Assembly (NCBI RefSeq): GCF_001644705.1
Contig: NZ_CP015137.1
Coordinates: forward strand, 4,320,001 to 4,352,000
Reading direction: 5' to 3'
Source of the DNA: Dickeya solani IPO 2222
GTDB taxonomy: Bacteria > Pseudomonadota > Gammaproteobacteria > Enterobacterales > Enterobacteriaceae
DNA: 32,000 nucleotides
Every line of letters starts with the position of its first letter. Within the stretch, counting starts at the first letter, position 1. The notes beneath the pieces are model-generated. The model was not told the origin of the DNA, made no database searches, and was given only the letters and a program-made list of their open reading frames with translations. The position numbers and the translations under genes were made by a program. Shown here in pieces: positions 10,862-20,268 of this stretch.

Positions 10862-10917
10862 ATTACACCTACCTTTGATTTGGATTTTTATAACCCGACG
10901 TTGCGGCCGACAGCAGC

Positions 10918-11775
10918 TTAGTGCTGATCTCCACCGCGCAAATAGATGACCCAGTAGGTCAACCCTACCAGCAATCCACCGCCAATGATGTTGCCGATCG
11001 TGACAGGAATCAGGTTATCGACAATAAAGTTGCTGACGGTCAAGTGCTCAAATTGGCCCGGCGCCATGCTGATGGCGTGCCAGAATGCATCCGGAGCGAA
11101 GTTCTTAATCACAATCCCCATCGGGACCATGAACATGTTGGCGATACTGTGTTCAAAGCCGCTGGCGACAAACATGGCGACCGGCAGGATCATAGCCAGC
11201 ATCTTGTCGGTCAGGGTATGGCCAGAGTAGCTCATCCATACCGCCAGACAAACCATCAGGTTCGCCAGAATCCCAAGGCACAACGCTTCAACGAATGAAT
11301 GCTCCAGCTTATGGCTGGCGGTTTGCAATACATTCAGCCCCCAAGCGCCATTCGCTACCATGAATTCGCCGGAAAACCAGATCAGCGCCACGAAGAACAA
11401 GGCGCCAACCAGATTGCCGACATAAACGTTGAGCCAATTCATCCCTAACTGCTTCCAGGTGATACGGCCGCTGGCCTTGGCGATCACGGTAAGCACGGTA
11501 GAGGTGAACAGGTCTGCGCCGCAGACAACCACCAGCATCAAACCCATAGAGAAGCAGATGCCCCCTACCAGTTTAGCCATACCATACGGCATGGATGAAG
11601 AACCTGTCGTGGCGGTGATGTAAAAAACGAACGCTATTGAGATGAACACACCGGCGGTAATCGCCAGAAAAAACGCAGTAAGCGGTTGTTTCGTTGCTTT
11701 ATAGACACCGGCATCTTCAGCGACTTTTGCCATCGCCGGCGGTAATAACAGGGTGAAGGGGTTGTCAGCTTTCAC
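10918..11775 (-). CDS. focA: formate channel FocA
   Basis: 285 aa starting [29 protein letters not shown], colinear with recalled E. coli FocA. The start codon is GTG (CAC at 11773-11775 on the plus strand), as in E. coli. Confidence 0.97.
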   Translation of the reverse strand: MKADNPFTLLLPPAMAKVAEDAGVYKATKQPLTAFFLAITAGVFISIAFVFYITATTGSSSMPYGMAKLVGGICFSMGLMLVVVCGADLFTSTVLTVIAKASGRITWKQLGMNWLNVYVGNLVGALFFVALIWFSGEFMVANGAWGLNVLQTASHKLEHSFVEALCLGILANLMVCLAVWMSYSGHTLTDKMLAMILPVAMFVASGFEHSIANMFMVPMGIVIKNFAPDAFWHAISMAPGQFEHLTVSNFIVDNLIPVTIGNIIGGGLLVGLTYWVIYLRGGDQH

Positions 11776-11836
11776 ACTAACTCTCTCTTAAAGTTTATCT
11801 ACGGTGAGATACTAACAAAGGGTTATTCGTCATAAT

Positions 11837-11850
11837 TTGACGTGGATCAT
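11837..11850 (-). promoter_or_regulatory. candidate FNR box in the focA-pflB control region
   Basis: TTGAC-GTGG-ATCAT matches the TTGAT-N4-ATCAA consensus at 8 of 10 positions, 62-75 bp upstream of the focA start. A second 8/10 match, TTGAT-TTTT-ATGTA, lies at 11912-11925. The whole 11776-12220 region is very AT-rich, as expected for the multi-promoter FNR/ArcA/IHF-controlled region known in E. coli. Confidence 0.4.
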
Positions 11851-12225
11851 ACCGCTGGAATTTATTAGGCTGATCACAAGCGGGTTTATAGGGTATTTTT
11901 TATTCAAATTATTGATTTTTATGTAAAAAATATTTTTTAAAAATTATCAAAACAGTTGAATGAAGGGGCCTTAATTACCCATTTAGCGTTAAATAAAATA
12001 AGTTTTTGTAGTGATTCCATACTTGGGTTTTATATTATTTAATTTCTTATTTACCATTCGGTAACAATGATGCTTTTGTAAAAATAAATATTCCGCAGTG
12101 ATGCCGTATATCCATATAAAAATAAGGGAATAAGCGAGGCTTTGCATAGTCTCAATCGGGCTGTCTCGGTGGGGATGTTGTGAAAAAATAAATAAGGAAA
12201 TGCAGCCTTTGCCTGTGCTGGAGGC

Positions 12226-12256
12226 CTGACCGGATGGCCTTCCGCCATCCGGTCAG
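12226..12256 (-). terminator. hairpin downstream of ycaO with no U-tract
   Basis: Perfect 13-bp stem: CTGACCGGATGGC (12226-12238) pairs with GCCATCCGGTCAG (12244-12256) around a 5-nt loop, 14 nt after the ycaO stop. Neither side has a T-run. Confidence 0.5.
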
Positions 12257-12269
12257 CTACAGACCCGGC

Positions 12270-14033
12270 TTATTTTACCTGCCAGTGCTGGCGCTTAGCG
12301 CGTTGCAATTTTTCGTAAGCAGCCAGTAACGACTGGTGAGCCGGCAATGCTTTCAGGTCAGCATCGACGGCGAACAGGCCATAGAAGCACTGCTCGCCCG
12401 CAATGGCGGCGCTTGCGGCGTCGACAGCGTCCTGCCCGTACATGCACACGAACGCATCATAGTACTGGGCAGGGTCGCGTTCAGGCTCCAGCGCCAGTTG
12501 CAGCAGCGTTTGCAGGCAGCGGTAATAATTGCTGCGTGCTGGCGCAAAGACCGACTGGTTGAAATCCATTGACCACTCCGCCCAGATCAACGCCTGCTCC
12601 AGGTCGCCGCCGGCCAGTGCCAGCATGGATTTTAGTTCGCCAATACGCAGTGTGATCCAGCCGTTGTCTTTGCCGGTCGCTATCCCTAACAGCTCGCGTA
12701 CGCGGGTAAAGTCATCCAGCCCTTCGTCGTCCAGTTGTTGCAGCAGGGCCAGATAATCCGCTTTTTCCCATTGGCTGTCCGGCAAGGACAGCAGGGTTTC
12801 GCGCAGATGTGCGCCCATGCTGTTGTTCGCCAGCAACAGGTCCTCCGCCGGGTAGATATCCGACATGCCCGGTACCAGAATACGGCAGGCGTACACCGAC
12901 AGATGTTCGTAATCCGCGATATACACCTCTTTGTCTTCTTTATTGAAGATCGCCATCAGCGTCGCGAATTCCTGCTCGGTGGTGCCGCTGAAGCTCCAGT
13001 CGGCGAACGTATAGTCTGCCTGGGCTTTAAACAGGTCCCAGGAAATCAGGCCGCTGGAATCGATAAAGTGCGTTTCCAGGTTGGTGTGCTCCGCAACTTC
13101 CTCATTGTCGAAGGTTGGCGGCGTAAACACGTCCAGATCTTTCAGCCCCCGGCCTTGCAGCAATTCGGTGACGGTACGCTCCAGCGCCACGCCGAAATCC
13201 GGATGGGCGCCAAACGAGGCAAAGCAGGTGCCATTGGCCGGATTGAACAGCACCACGCAGATCACCGGGTACTGACCACCGAGAGAAGCGTCATAGGCGA
13301 AAATCGGGAAACCTTCCTGCTCAAGCGTGGCAATGGCTTCCACCACGCCCGGATAACGCGACAGCACGTCGGCCGGAATCGCCGGCAGGCTGATGGCCTC
13401 GGCGATAATACGATTCTTCACATAACGTTCGAATACTTCAGACAGCCCTTGCACCCGTGCTTCATTGCGGGTATTGCCTGCGGACATGCCGTTCGATACA
13501 TACAGGTTGCCGACGATGTTCATCGGGATATAAACCGTCTGCTGGTCGGACTGACGAGTAAACGGCAGGGCGCAGATACCGCGGTTGTGATTGCCTGATT
13601 GCAGGTCCACCAGATCGCTGGCGATCAACTGTTGTTCTGGGTCATAAAAGGCGTGCAGGCGCGCATCCAGAATGCCTTCCGGCAGGCTGTCGTCCTCGGG
13701 AAGCGGGAACCACTTCTCGTCAGGGTAATGCACGAAATCACCTTCAGCGATCTGCTGGCCCAGATAGAAATCAGCAAAAAAGTAGTTGGTGGACAGACGT
13801 TCGAAATACTCGCCCAGCGCGGAAGCCAGTGCGGCTTTCCGGGTTGCCCCCTTGCCGTTGGTGAAGCACAGGGCGCAGTCGCGGTCACGAATATGTACCG
13901 ACCAGACGTTGGGCACCGGGTTCAGCCAAGAGGCCTCTTCGATGTTGAACCCCAGGTTGAGGAGCTGCTGTTGAAAACGGGCGATGGAATCTTCCAGGGC
14001 GGCGTCTTTGCCTGGGATAAACGTTTGGGTCAT
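12270..14033 (-). CDS. ycaO: YcaO (standalone YcaO-domain protein of the E. coli type)
   Basis: The 587 aa from MTQTFIPGKDAALEDSIARFQQ are colinear with recalled E. coli YcaO (586 aa). I chose the start at M58 of the track ORF by homology. It holds the conserved position between focA and serC. Confidence 0.95.
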   Translation of the reverse strand: MTQTFIPGKDAALEDSIARFQQQLLNLGFNIEEASWLNPVPNVWSVHIRDRDCALCFTNGKGATRKAALASALGEYFERLSTNYFFADFYLGQQIAEGDFVHYPDEKWFPLPEDDSLPEGILDARLHAFYDPEQQLIASDLVDLQSGNHNRGICALPFTRQSDQQTVYIPMNIVGNLYVSNGMSAGNTRNEARVQGLSEVFERYVKNRIIAEAISLPAIPADVLSRYPGVVEAIATLEQEGFPIFAYDASLGGQYPVICVVLFNPANGTCFASFGAHPDFGVALERTVTELLQGRGLKDLDVFTPPTFDNEEVAEHTNLETHFIDSSGLISWDLFKAQADYTFADWSFSGTTEQEFATLMAIFNKEDKEVYIADYEHLSVYACRILVPGMSDIYPAEDLLLANNSMGAHLRETLLSLPDSQWEKADYLALLQQLDDEGLDDFTRVRELLGIATGKDNGWITLRIGELKSMLALAGGDLEQALIWAEWSMDFNQSVFAPARSNYYRCLQTLLQLALEPERDPAQYYDAFVCMYGQDAVDAASAAIAGEQCFYGLFAVDADLKALPAHQSLLAAYEKLQRAKRQHWQVK

Positions 14034-14298
14034 GTTTCGAACCTGAATTTGGTATGAGGAGGCTGCATCATACGTGGTTTTGTGTGCTGACTCTATCCTG
14101 CATGCTGCGTATTGCGCAGCGTGTTCCGGCAATGATGTAACAGATGTATCACCGGGGACGATAACAGGCGAACGAGTGCGCAAGTTTTCGAACATCAGGG
14201 GCAATAAGCATTGCAGGCAGGAAAAACGAGTGATAAAACCGATAGCAGGGTAAACTGATGCGACTTAGACAGGTCGCTATTTATAGTGGTGATGGGAA

Positions 14299-15384
14299 AT
14301 GACTCAGGTTTTTAATTTTAGTGCCGGTCCGGCCATGTTACCGGTAGAAGTGTTGCGTCGTGCAGAGCAGGAACTGTGCAACTGGCGTGGGCTGGGTACA
14401 TCGGTGATGGAGATCAGCCACCGCAGTAAAGAGTTCATGCAAGTAGCCAGCGAGTCTGAGCAGGACTTGCGTGATTTGCTGAAAATTCCCTCGAATTACA
14501 AAGTGTTGTTTTGCCATGGCGGTGCGCGTGCGCAGTTTGCGGCGGTTCCGCTCAACCTGCTGGGTGATAGCACTAAAGCCGACTATATCGATGGCGGTTA
14601 TTGGGCGTATAGCGCGGTCAAGGAAGCTGAAAAATACCTCACCCCGAATGTCATTGACGTGAAAACCCGCGTTGACGGTTTGCGCGGCGTGAAACCGATG
14701 AGTGAGTGGACGCTGTCGGATGACGCCGCCTATGTCCATTATTGCCCGAATGAAACCATTGACGGTCTGGCGATTGAAGAAACGCCGGATTTTGGCGACA
14801 AAATCGTGGTGGCGGATTACTCCTCCAGCATCCTTTCCCGCCCGCTGGATGTCAGTCGCTATGGCGTGATTTACGCTGGTGCGCAGAAAAACGTCGGGCC
14901 TGCCGGCCTGACACTGGTGATCGTGCGTGAAGACCTGTTCGGCAAGGCGCGCCGTGAACTGCCGTCGATTCTGGATTACAAAGTCCTGGCTGATAACGAT
15001 TCCATGTTCAATACGCCGCCGACGTTTGCCTGGTATCTGTCCGGTATGGTGTTCAAGTGGCTGAAAGAACAGGGCGGCCTGCTGGAGATGGAAAAGCGTA
15101 ATCAAGCTAAGGCCGATCTGTTGTATGCCACTATCGACGGCAGCGATTTCTATCGTAACGACGTTGTGCTGGCCAATCGCTCCCGTATGAACGTACCGTT
15201 CCAACTGGCAGATGCTGCACTGGATCCGGTGTTCCTGCAGGAAGCTCAGGCTGCCGGTCTGCACGCGCTGAAAGGTCACCGTGTCGTAGGCGGTATGCGT
15301 GCGTCCATCTATAACGCCATGCCGCTGGATGGCGTAAAAGCGCTGACAGAATTCATGGTCGACTTTGAGCGTCGCCACGGCTGA
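14299..15384 (+). CDS. serC: phosphoserine aminotransferase
   Basis: 361 aa starting [19 protein letters not shown] and ending [10 protein letters not shown], colinear with recalled E. coli SerC. Confidence 0.97.
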   Translation: MTQVFNFSAGPAMLPVEVLRRAEQELCNWRGLGTSVMEISHRSKEFMQVASESEQDLRDLLKIPSNYKVLFCHGGARAQFAAVPLNLLGDSTKADYIDGGYWAYSAVKEAEKYLTPNVIDVKTRVDGLRGVKPMSEWTLSDDAAYVHYCPNETIDGLAIEETPDFGDKIVVADYSSSILSRPLDVSRYGVIYAGAQKNVGPAGLTLVIVREDLFGKARRELPSILDYKVLADNDSMFNTPPTFAWYLSGMVFKWLKEQGGLLEMEKRNQAKADLLYATIDGSDFYRNDVVLANRSRMNVPFQLADAALDPVFLQEAQAAGLHALKGHRVVGGMRASIYNAMPLDGVKALTEFMVDFERRHG

Positions 15385-15418
15385 TAAATATAGCGCGACA
15401 ACGTGCTGCTTTTGATTT

Positions 15419-15446
15419 AAACCCCGGTTATCTGGCCGGGGTTTTT
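15419..15446 (+). terminator. intercistronic terminator-like hairpin between serC and aroA
   Basis: CCCCGG (15422-15427) pairs with CCGGGG (15436-15441), followed by T5 at 15442-15446. It lies 35 nt after the serC stop and 29 nt before the aroA start. Confidence 0.6.
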
Positions 15447-15474
15447 GTATTAACTCTTGGAGAACATGTTTCAC

Positions 15475-16764
15475 ATGCAGGAATCCCTGACCCTACAACC
15501 GATTTCATTGATTAACGGCACGATCAATCTGCCGGGTTCCAAAAGCGTTTCCAATCGTGCGTTGCTGTTGGCGGCCCTGGCAAAAGGCACGACTCGCCTG
15601 ACCAACCTGCTGGATAGTGACGATGTTCGTCATATGCTCAATGCGTTGAGTGCGTTGGGTGTTGAGTACCGCCTGTTGGGCAGCCGCACAGAGTGCGAAA
15701 TTGTCGGTGTGGGGGGCGCATTAACTGCGTCTGCGCCGCTGGAGCTGTTTTTAGGGAATGCCGGGACGGCGATGCGCCCACTTGCCGCCGCGCTGTGCCT
15801 GACTGATAGTGATATCGTGTTGACCGGCGAACCGCGTATGAAAGAACGTCCGATTGGTCACCTGGTGGATGCGTTGCGGCAGGGGGGCGCGCGTATCGAC
15901 TATCTGGAGCAGGAAAATTATCCGCCGTTGCGCCTGCAAGGGGGCTTCAAAGGCGGAGATATCAGTGTAGACGGTTCGGTATCCAGCCAGTTTCTCACTG
16001 CGTTGTTAATGACGGCACCGTTGGCTGTGCAAGATACGCGCATCAGCATTAAAGGCGATCTGGTCTCCAAACCTTATATCGATATCACCCTGCACATGAT
16101 GGAAACCTTCGGCATCACGGTGATCAATAACGATTACCAGACTTTCGTGGTCGCCGGTAATCAGCATTATCAGTCGCCTGAGCATTATCTGGTGGAAGGC
16201 GATGCATCGTCTGCATCTTATTTTCTGGCGGCAGCGGCTATTCGGGGTGGAACAGTACGTGTGACCGGTGTCGGCCGCCATAGCGTGCAGGGCGATATCC
16301 GCTTCGCCGACGTGCTGGAGAAGATGGGCGCAGAGATCCGCTGGGGTGATGACTACATCGAATGTCAGCGCGGTAATCTCCACGCCATTGATATGGATAT
16401 GAACCATATCCCTGATGCGGCAATGACCATCGCCACTACCGCGTTGTTCGCTGAAGGCGGGACTACTACGCTACGTAACATCTACAACTGGCGCGTGAAA
16501 GAAACCGATCGTCTGACCGCCATGGCGACGGAACTGCGCAAGGTCGGCGCCGAGGTGGAAGAAGGGCATGACTACATCCGCATAACGCCGCCAACGCAGT
16601 TGAAAGCAGCCGAAATCGGCACTTACAATGACCACCGTATGGCGATGTGCTTTTCGCTGGTGGCGTTGTCTGATACACCGGTCACCATCCTCGATCCTAA
16701 ATGCACCGCTAAAACGTTCCCGGATTACTTCCAGCAACTGGAACGTCTGAGCCAGCACGGCTGA
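15475..16764 (+). CDS. aroA: 3-phosphoshikimate 1-carboxyvinyltransferase (EPSP synthase)
   Basis: From [35 protein letters not shown] the protein is colinear with recalled E. coli AroA. I chose the ATG at 15475 by homology; the track ORF begins at a TTG at 15457. Confidence 0.96.
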   Translation: MQESLTLQPISLINGTINLPGSKSVSNRALLLAALAKGTTRLTNLLDSDDVRHMLNALSALGVEYRLLGSRTECEIVGVGGALTASAPLELFLGNAGTAMRPLAAALCLTDSDIVLTGEPRMKERPIGHLVDALRQGGARIDYLEQENYPPLRLQGGFKGGDISVDGSVSSQFLTALLMTAPLAVQDTRISIKGDLVSKPYIDITLHMMETFGITVINNDYQTFVVAGNQHYQSPEHYLVEGDASSASYFLAAAAIRGGTVRVTGVGRHSVQGDIRFADVLEKMGAEIRWGDDYIECQRGNLHAIDMDMNHIPDAAMTIATTALFAEGGTTTLRNIYNWRVKETDRLTAMATELRKVGAEVEEGHDYIRITPPTQLKAAEIGTYNDHRMAMCFSLVALSDTPVTILDPKCTAKTFPDYFQQLERLSQHG

Positions 16765-16802
16765 TGTCCTGACATCGGCTGATGTTTTGATTTGGCTGAT
16801 GT
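16759..16802 (+). repeat. three direct copies of GGCTGATGT spanning the aroA stop codon
   Basis: GGCTGATGT occurs at 16759-16767 (containing the aroA TGA), 16777-16785 and 16794-16802, with 18 and 17 bp spacing. Confidence 0.75.
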
Positions 16803-16992
16803 TCTGGCGCACAGGTCCGCGATATGGCCCTGTGCGTCAGCATTTAGCGTTATACTCTGGATATCACAATATTTGCCCGATCTTCTGCAGTAATAAGTCT
16901 TTAATTTCACGCTTGCTGCCACGGCAGGGTATAATGACTTATTGTATTGTCTACGATGACATGCGATTTCCCTGTTTTGTAAGGAGTGAGAG

Positions 16993-17679
16993 ATGGCGGT
17001 GACTGCACCGGTAATTACGGTTGACGGGCCAGGTGGTGCGGGCAAGGGAACCCTGTGCAAGGCGCTGGCTAACGCGCTGCAGTGGAATCTGCTGGATTCC
17101 GGCGCGATTTATCGTGTGCTGGCGTTGGCAGCCCTGCATCATCAGGTGGATATTGCCTCCGAGGAGGCGCTGGTGCCGATAGCGTCGCATCTGGATGTGC
17201 GGTTTGTGCCGGAAAACGGGCAACTGAAAGTTATCCTGGAAGGCGAAGATGTCAGCAATGAGATCCGCAGCCAGGAAGTGGGAAATACAGCGTCTCAGGC
17301 TGCCGTATTTCCGCGAGTGCGCGAGGCGCTGTTGCGTCGTCAGCGCGCATTTCGCGAAATGCCAGGGCTGATTGCCGATGGCCGTGATATGGGAACGGTG
17401 GTGTTCCCTGATGCGCCAGTGAAAATTTTCCTGGATGCCGGTGCGGAAGAACGCGCCAAACGTCGCATGCTCCAGTTGCAGGCGAAAGGCTTTAATGTTA
17501 ACTTTGAACGTCTTTTGTCCGAGATTAAAGAGCGTGACGAGCGTGACCGTAATCGACCGGTTGCACCGTTGGTGCCAGCACTGGATGCACTGGTGTTGGA
17601 TTCCACGCATATGACGCTGGATGAAGTGGTCGTGCAGGCACTGGCGTATGTGCGCCAGAAATTGCCTCAATTGGCCTGA
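16993..17679 (+). CDS. cmk: cytidylate kinase
   Basis: 228 aa starting [41 protein letters not shown], colinear with recalled E. coli Cmk. AAGGAG lies 6 nt upstream of the ATG. Confidence 0.97.
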   Translation: MAVTAPVITVDGPGGAGKGTLCKALANALQWNLLDSGAIYRVLALAALHHQVDIASEEALVPIASHLDVRFVPENGQLKVILEGEDVSNEIRSQEVGNTASQAAVFPRVREALLRRQRAFREMPGLIADGRDMGTVVFPDAPVKIFLDAGAEERAKRRMLQLQAKGFNVNFERLLSEIKERDERDRNRPVAPLVPALDALVLDSTHMTLDEVVVQALAYVRQKLPQLA

Positions 17680-17691
17680 TACTATTTACCT

Positions 17692-17780
17692 CGCCGCAAG
17701 GATGTGGCGCGGATGTGAAACAACCCCATCGAGCAGGACGCCAGATGGACGTTAAATTTAAAAACCCAAAGATTATCAAC
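17692..17780 (+). promoter_or_regulatory. rpsA 5' leader (SD-less translational operator)
   Basis: No Shine-Dalgarno precedes the ATG at 17781 (AAACCCAAAGATTATCAAC). Two upstream hairpins present GGA in their apical loops: CGCCGC/GTGGCG at 17692-17709 with loop AAGGAT, and CCATC/GATGG at 17726-17748 with an inner AGGAC loop. This matches the architecture described for the autoregulated E. coli rpsA leader. Confidence 0.55.
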
Positions 17781-19454
17781 ATGACTGAATCTTTTGCTCA
17801 ACTCTTTGAAGAATCCCTGAAAGAAATTGAAACCCGCCCGGGTTCCATCGTTCGTGGCGTTGTGGTTGCTATTGACAAGGACATTGTCCTGGTTGATGCC
17901 GGCCTGAAATCTGAATCTGCCATTCCGGTAGAGCAGTTCAAAAACGCGCAGGGTGAAATTGAAATCCAGGTTGGTGATGAAGTAGACGTAGCTCTGGACG
18001 CGGTAGAAGACGGCTTCGGTGAAACCCTGCTGTCCCGTGAAAAAGCTAAACGTCACGAAGCATGGCTGATGCTGGAAAAAGCTTACGAAGAATCTGCCAC
18101 TGTTACCGGTGTTATCAACGGTAAAGTGAAAGGCGGTTTCACCGTTGAGCTGAACGGTATCCGTGCGTTCCTGCCGGGTTCTCTGGTTGATGTCCGTCCG
18201 GTACGTGACACCCTGCATCTGGAAGGCAAAGAGCTTGAGTTCAAAGTGATCAAGCTGGACCAGAAACGCAATAACGTTGTTGTTTCCCGTCGTGCCGTTA
18301 TCGAATCTGAAAACAGTGCAGAGCGCGATCAACTGCTGGAAAACCTGCAGGAAGGCATGGAAGTCAAAGGTATCGTCAAGAACCTCACTGACTACGGTGC
18401 ATTCGTTGACCTGGGCGGCGTTGACGGCCTGCTGCACATCACCGACATGGCCTGGAAACGCGTTAAGCATCCGAGCGAAATCGTCAATGTGGGCGACGAA
18501 ATCACTGTTAAAGTGCTGAAGTTCGACCGCGAGCGTACCCGTGTCTCCCTTGGCCTGAAACAGCTGGGCGAAGATCCGTGGGTCGCTATCGCTAAGCGTT
18601 ATCCGGAAGGCACCAAGCTGACTGGCCGCGTAACCAACCTGACTGATTACGGCTGCTTCGTAGAAATCGAAGAAGGCGTTGAAGGTCTGGTACACGTATC
18701 TGAAATGGACTGGACCAACAAAAACATCCATCCGTCCAAAGTGGTTAACGTGGGCGACGTGGTGGAAGTTATGGTTCTGGACATCGACGAAGAGCGTCGT
18801 CGTATCTCCCTGGGCCTGAAACAGTGCAAATCCAACCCGTGGCAGCAGTTCGCTGAAACCCACAACAAGGGTGACCGCGTAGAAGGCAAGATCAAGTCCA
18901 TCACTGACTTCGGTATCTTCATCGGTCTGGATGGCGGCATCGATGGTCTGGTGCACCTGTCCGACATCTCCTGGAACGTAGCTGGCGAAGAAGCCGTTCG
19001 CGAATACAAGAAAGGTGACGAAATCGCTGCTGTGGTTCTGCAGGTTGATGCCGAGCGTGAGCGTATCTCCCTGGGCGTGAAACAACTGGCCGAAGACCCG
19101 TTCAATAACTACCTGTCTGTTAACAAGAAAGGTGCAATTGTTACAGGTAAAGTCACCGCAGTTGACGCCAAAGGTGCTACAGTTGAATTAGCCGACGGTG
19201 TTGAAGGTTACCTGCGCGCTTCTGAAGCCTCTCGTGACCGTATCGAAGACGCAACGCTGGTTCTGAGCGTGGGTGATGAGGTCGAAGCCAAATATACTGG
19301 TGTTGATCGCAAAAACCGTGTTGTCAGCCTGTCCGTCCGTGCCAAGGATGAAGCTGACGAGAAAGATGCTATCGCTTCTGTTAATAACAAACAGGAAGAA
19401 AGCAATTTCTCTAGCGCCATGGCTGAAGCTTTCAAAGCTGCAAAAGGCGAGTAA
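17781..19454 (+). CDS. rpsA: 30S ribosomal protein S1
   Basis: 557 aa from [34 protein letters not shown] with six S1 repeats, the same length as E. coli S1. The 22-codon upstream extension in the track ORF was rejected. Confidence 0.98.
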   Translation: MTESFAQLFEESLKEIETRPGSIVRGVVVAIDKDIVLVDAGLKSESAIPVEQFKNAQGEIEIQVGDEVDVALDAVEDGFGETLLSREKAKRHEAWLMLEKAYEESATVTGVINGKVKGGFTVELNGIRAFLPGSLVDVRPVRDTLHLEGKELEFKVIKLDQKRNNVVVSRRAVIESENSAERDQLLENLQEGMEVKGIVKNLTDYGAFVDLGGVDGLLHITDMAWKRVKHPSEIVNVGDEITVKVLKFDRERTRVSLGLKQLGEDPWVAIAKRYPEGTKLTGRVTNLTDYGCFVEIEEGVEGLVHVSEMDWTNKNIHPSKVVNVGDVVEVMVLDIDEERRRISLGLKQCKSNPWQQFAETHNKGDRVEGKIKSITDFGIFIGLDGGIDGLVHLSDISWNVAGEEAVREYKKGDEIAAVVLQVDAERERISLGVKQLAEDPFNNYLSVNKKGAIVTGKVTAVDAKGATVELADGVEGYLRASEASRDRIEDATLVLSVGDEVEAKYTGVDRKNRVVSLSVRAKDEADEKDAIASVNNKQEESNFSSAMAEAFKAAKGE

Positions 19455-19547
19455 TGACGGTGGGTTGGGCGGTGGCGATGCTTGCCGCCCTGCCTCAAAC
19501 GGTAGTAAGTTAACGTGGTATTAACTGACCACATGCTTGGAGGAATC

Positions 19548-19832
19548 ATGACCAAGTCTGAACTTATCGAAAGACTTGCTGGACAGCAATCTCATATCCC
19601 AGCCAAGGTGGTTGAGGATGCGGTAAAAGAGATGCTGGAACAGATGGCCACAACATTGGCCAGCGGTGACCGCATCGAAATCCGTGGGTTTGGCAGTTTT
19701 TCACTCCACTACCGTGCACCGCGTGTAGGTCGTAATCCGAAAACTGGTGAGAAAGTGGAACTGGAAGGTAAATACGTTCCTCATTTCAAACCGGGTAAAG
19801 AGTTACGCGATCGCGCCAACATTTATGGCTGA
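19548..19832 (+). CDS. ihfB: integration host factor beta subunit
   Basis: 94 aa: [70 protein letters not shown]... GGAGG lies 5 nt upstream of the ATG at 19548. Confidence 0.97.
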   Translation: MTKSELIERLAGQQSHIPAKVVEDAVKEMLEQMATTLASGDRIEIRGFGSFSLHYRAPRVGRNPKTGEKVELEGKYVPHFKPGKELRDRANIYG

Positions 19833-19860
19833 TTAATCAGCTATAACGCCTGTTTCATAG

Positions 19861-19889
19861 ATAGCACCCAGCCGGGTGCTATTTTTTTT
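19861..19889 (+). terminator. rho-independent terminator of ihfB
   Basis: ATAGCACCC (19861-19869) pairs with GGGTGCTAT (19874-19882) around an AGCC loop and runs into a T8 tract at 19882-19889. Confidence 0.9.
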
Positions 19890-19909
19890 ACAACAATTTT
19901 TTACAACAA
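19884..19909 (+). repeat. perfect tandem duplication of a 13-bp unit
   Basis: TTTTTTACAACAA occurs at 19884-19896 and again at 19897-19909, beginning inside the ihfB terminator T-tract. Confidence 0.85.
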
Positions 19910-20268
19910 TGCGTTATCACCATTCGCCCCTCAGTTTCCTGCCTGAAACGCGCTTTTCATTGATGCGCTTTTTCCGCCCGGCTCACATGTTTCCCCGATA
20001 CAGAAATGCTGCTTAGCCTTAGTACATTCGTTGCTAATCTCCTGAAAACGCAATGACTAAGGAAACATATAAAAAATAGTAATTTAACCATTAAACCTGA
20101 TATAGGCGCAATATGCTTCACGGTAGCGTGGCTTTATAAAAAACCATTAAATATCAATAATAATTTTCGATAAAAGTCATGAGTTGATTTCCCAACTTGA
20201 AGAATTCCGCATTGTAGACCAGCTTTATATTGGTTTTTCTAAATAATTCATTGTTGAAAGGAAACTTT

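Noticed and set aside
12051-12248. 65-aa minus-strand ORF in the AT-rich DNA between ycaO and the focA promoters
   Set aside because: It lies in promoter and terminator DNA and overlaps the ycaO hairpin. It has no RBS and an implausible sequence.
12735-13598. 287-aa plus-strand ORF opposite ycaO, and the 239-aa minus-strand ORF (16951-17670) opposite cmk
   Set aside because: These are shadow ORFs of conserved genes and have no independent evidence.
12270-14033. Idea that YcaO marks a RiPP (azoline or thioamide) biosynthetic cluster, possibly linked to the Cys/Ser-rich N-terminus of the amidohydrolase
   Set aside because: This is the full-length E. coli-type standalone YcaO in its conserved position between focA and serC. 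No adjacent precursor peptide, dehydrogenase, TfuA or E1-like partner is present. The amidohydrolase is 6 kb away across housekeeping operons, so any link is unsupported.
14338-15474. 378-aa minus-strand ORF opposite serC
   Set aside because: It is antisense to a full-length serC orthologue. Its composition is atypical and no motif is present.
17682-19085. 467-aa minus-strand ORF opposite rpsA
   Set aside because: It is a shadow ORF of the highly expressed, codon-biased rpsA gene. The translation is repetitive, mirroring the six S1 repeats, and has no start context or known family.
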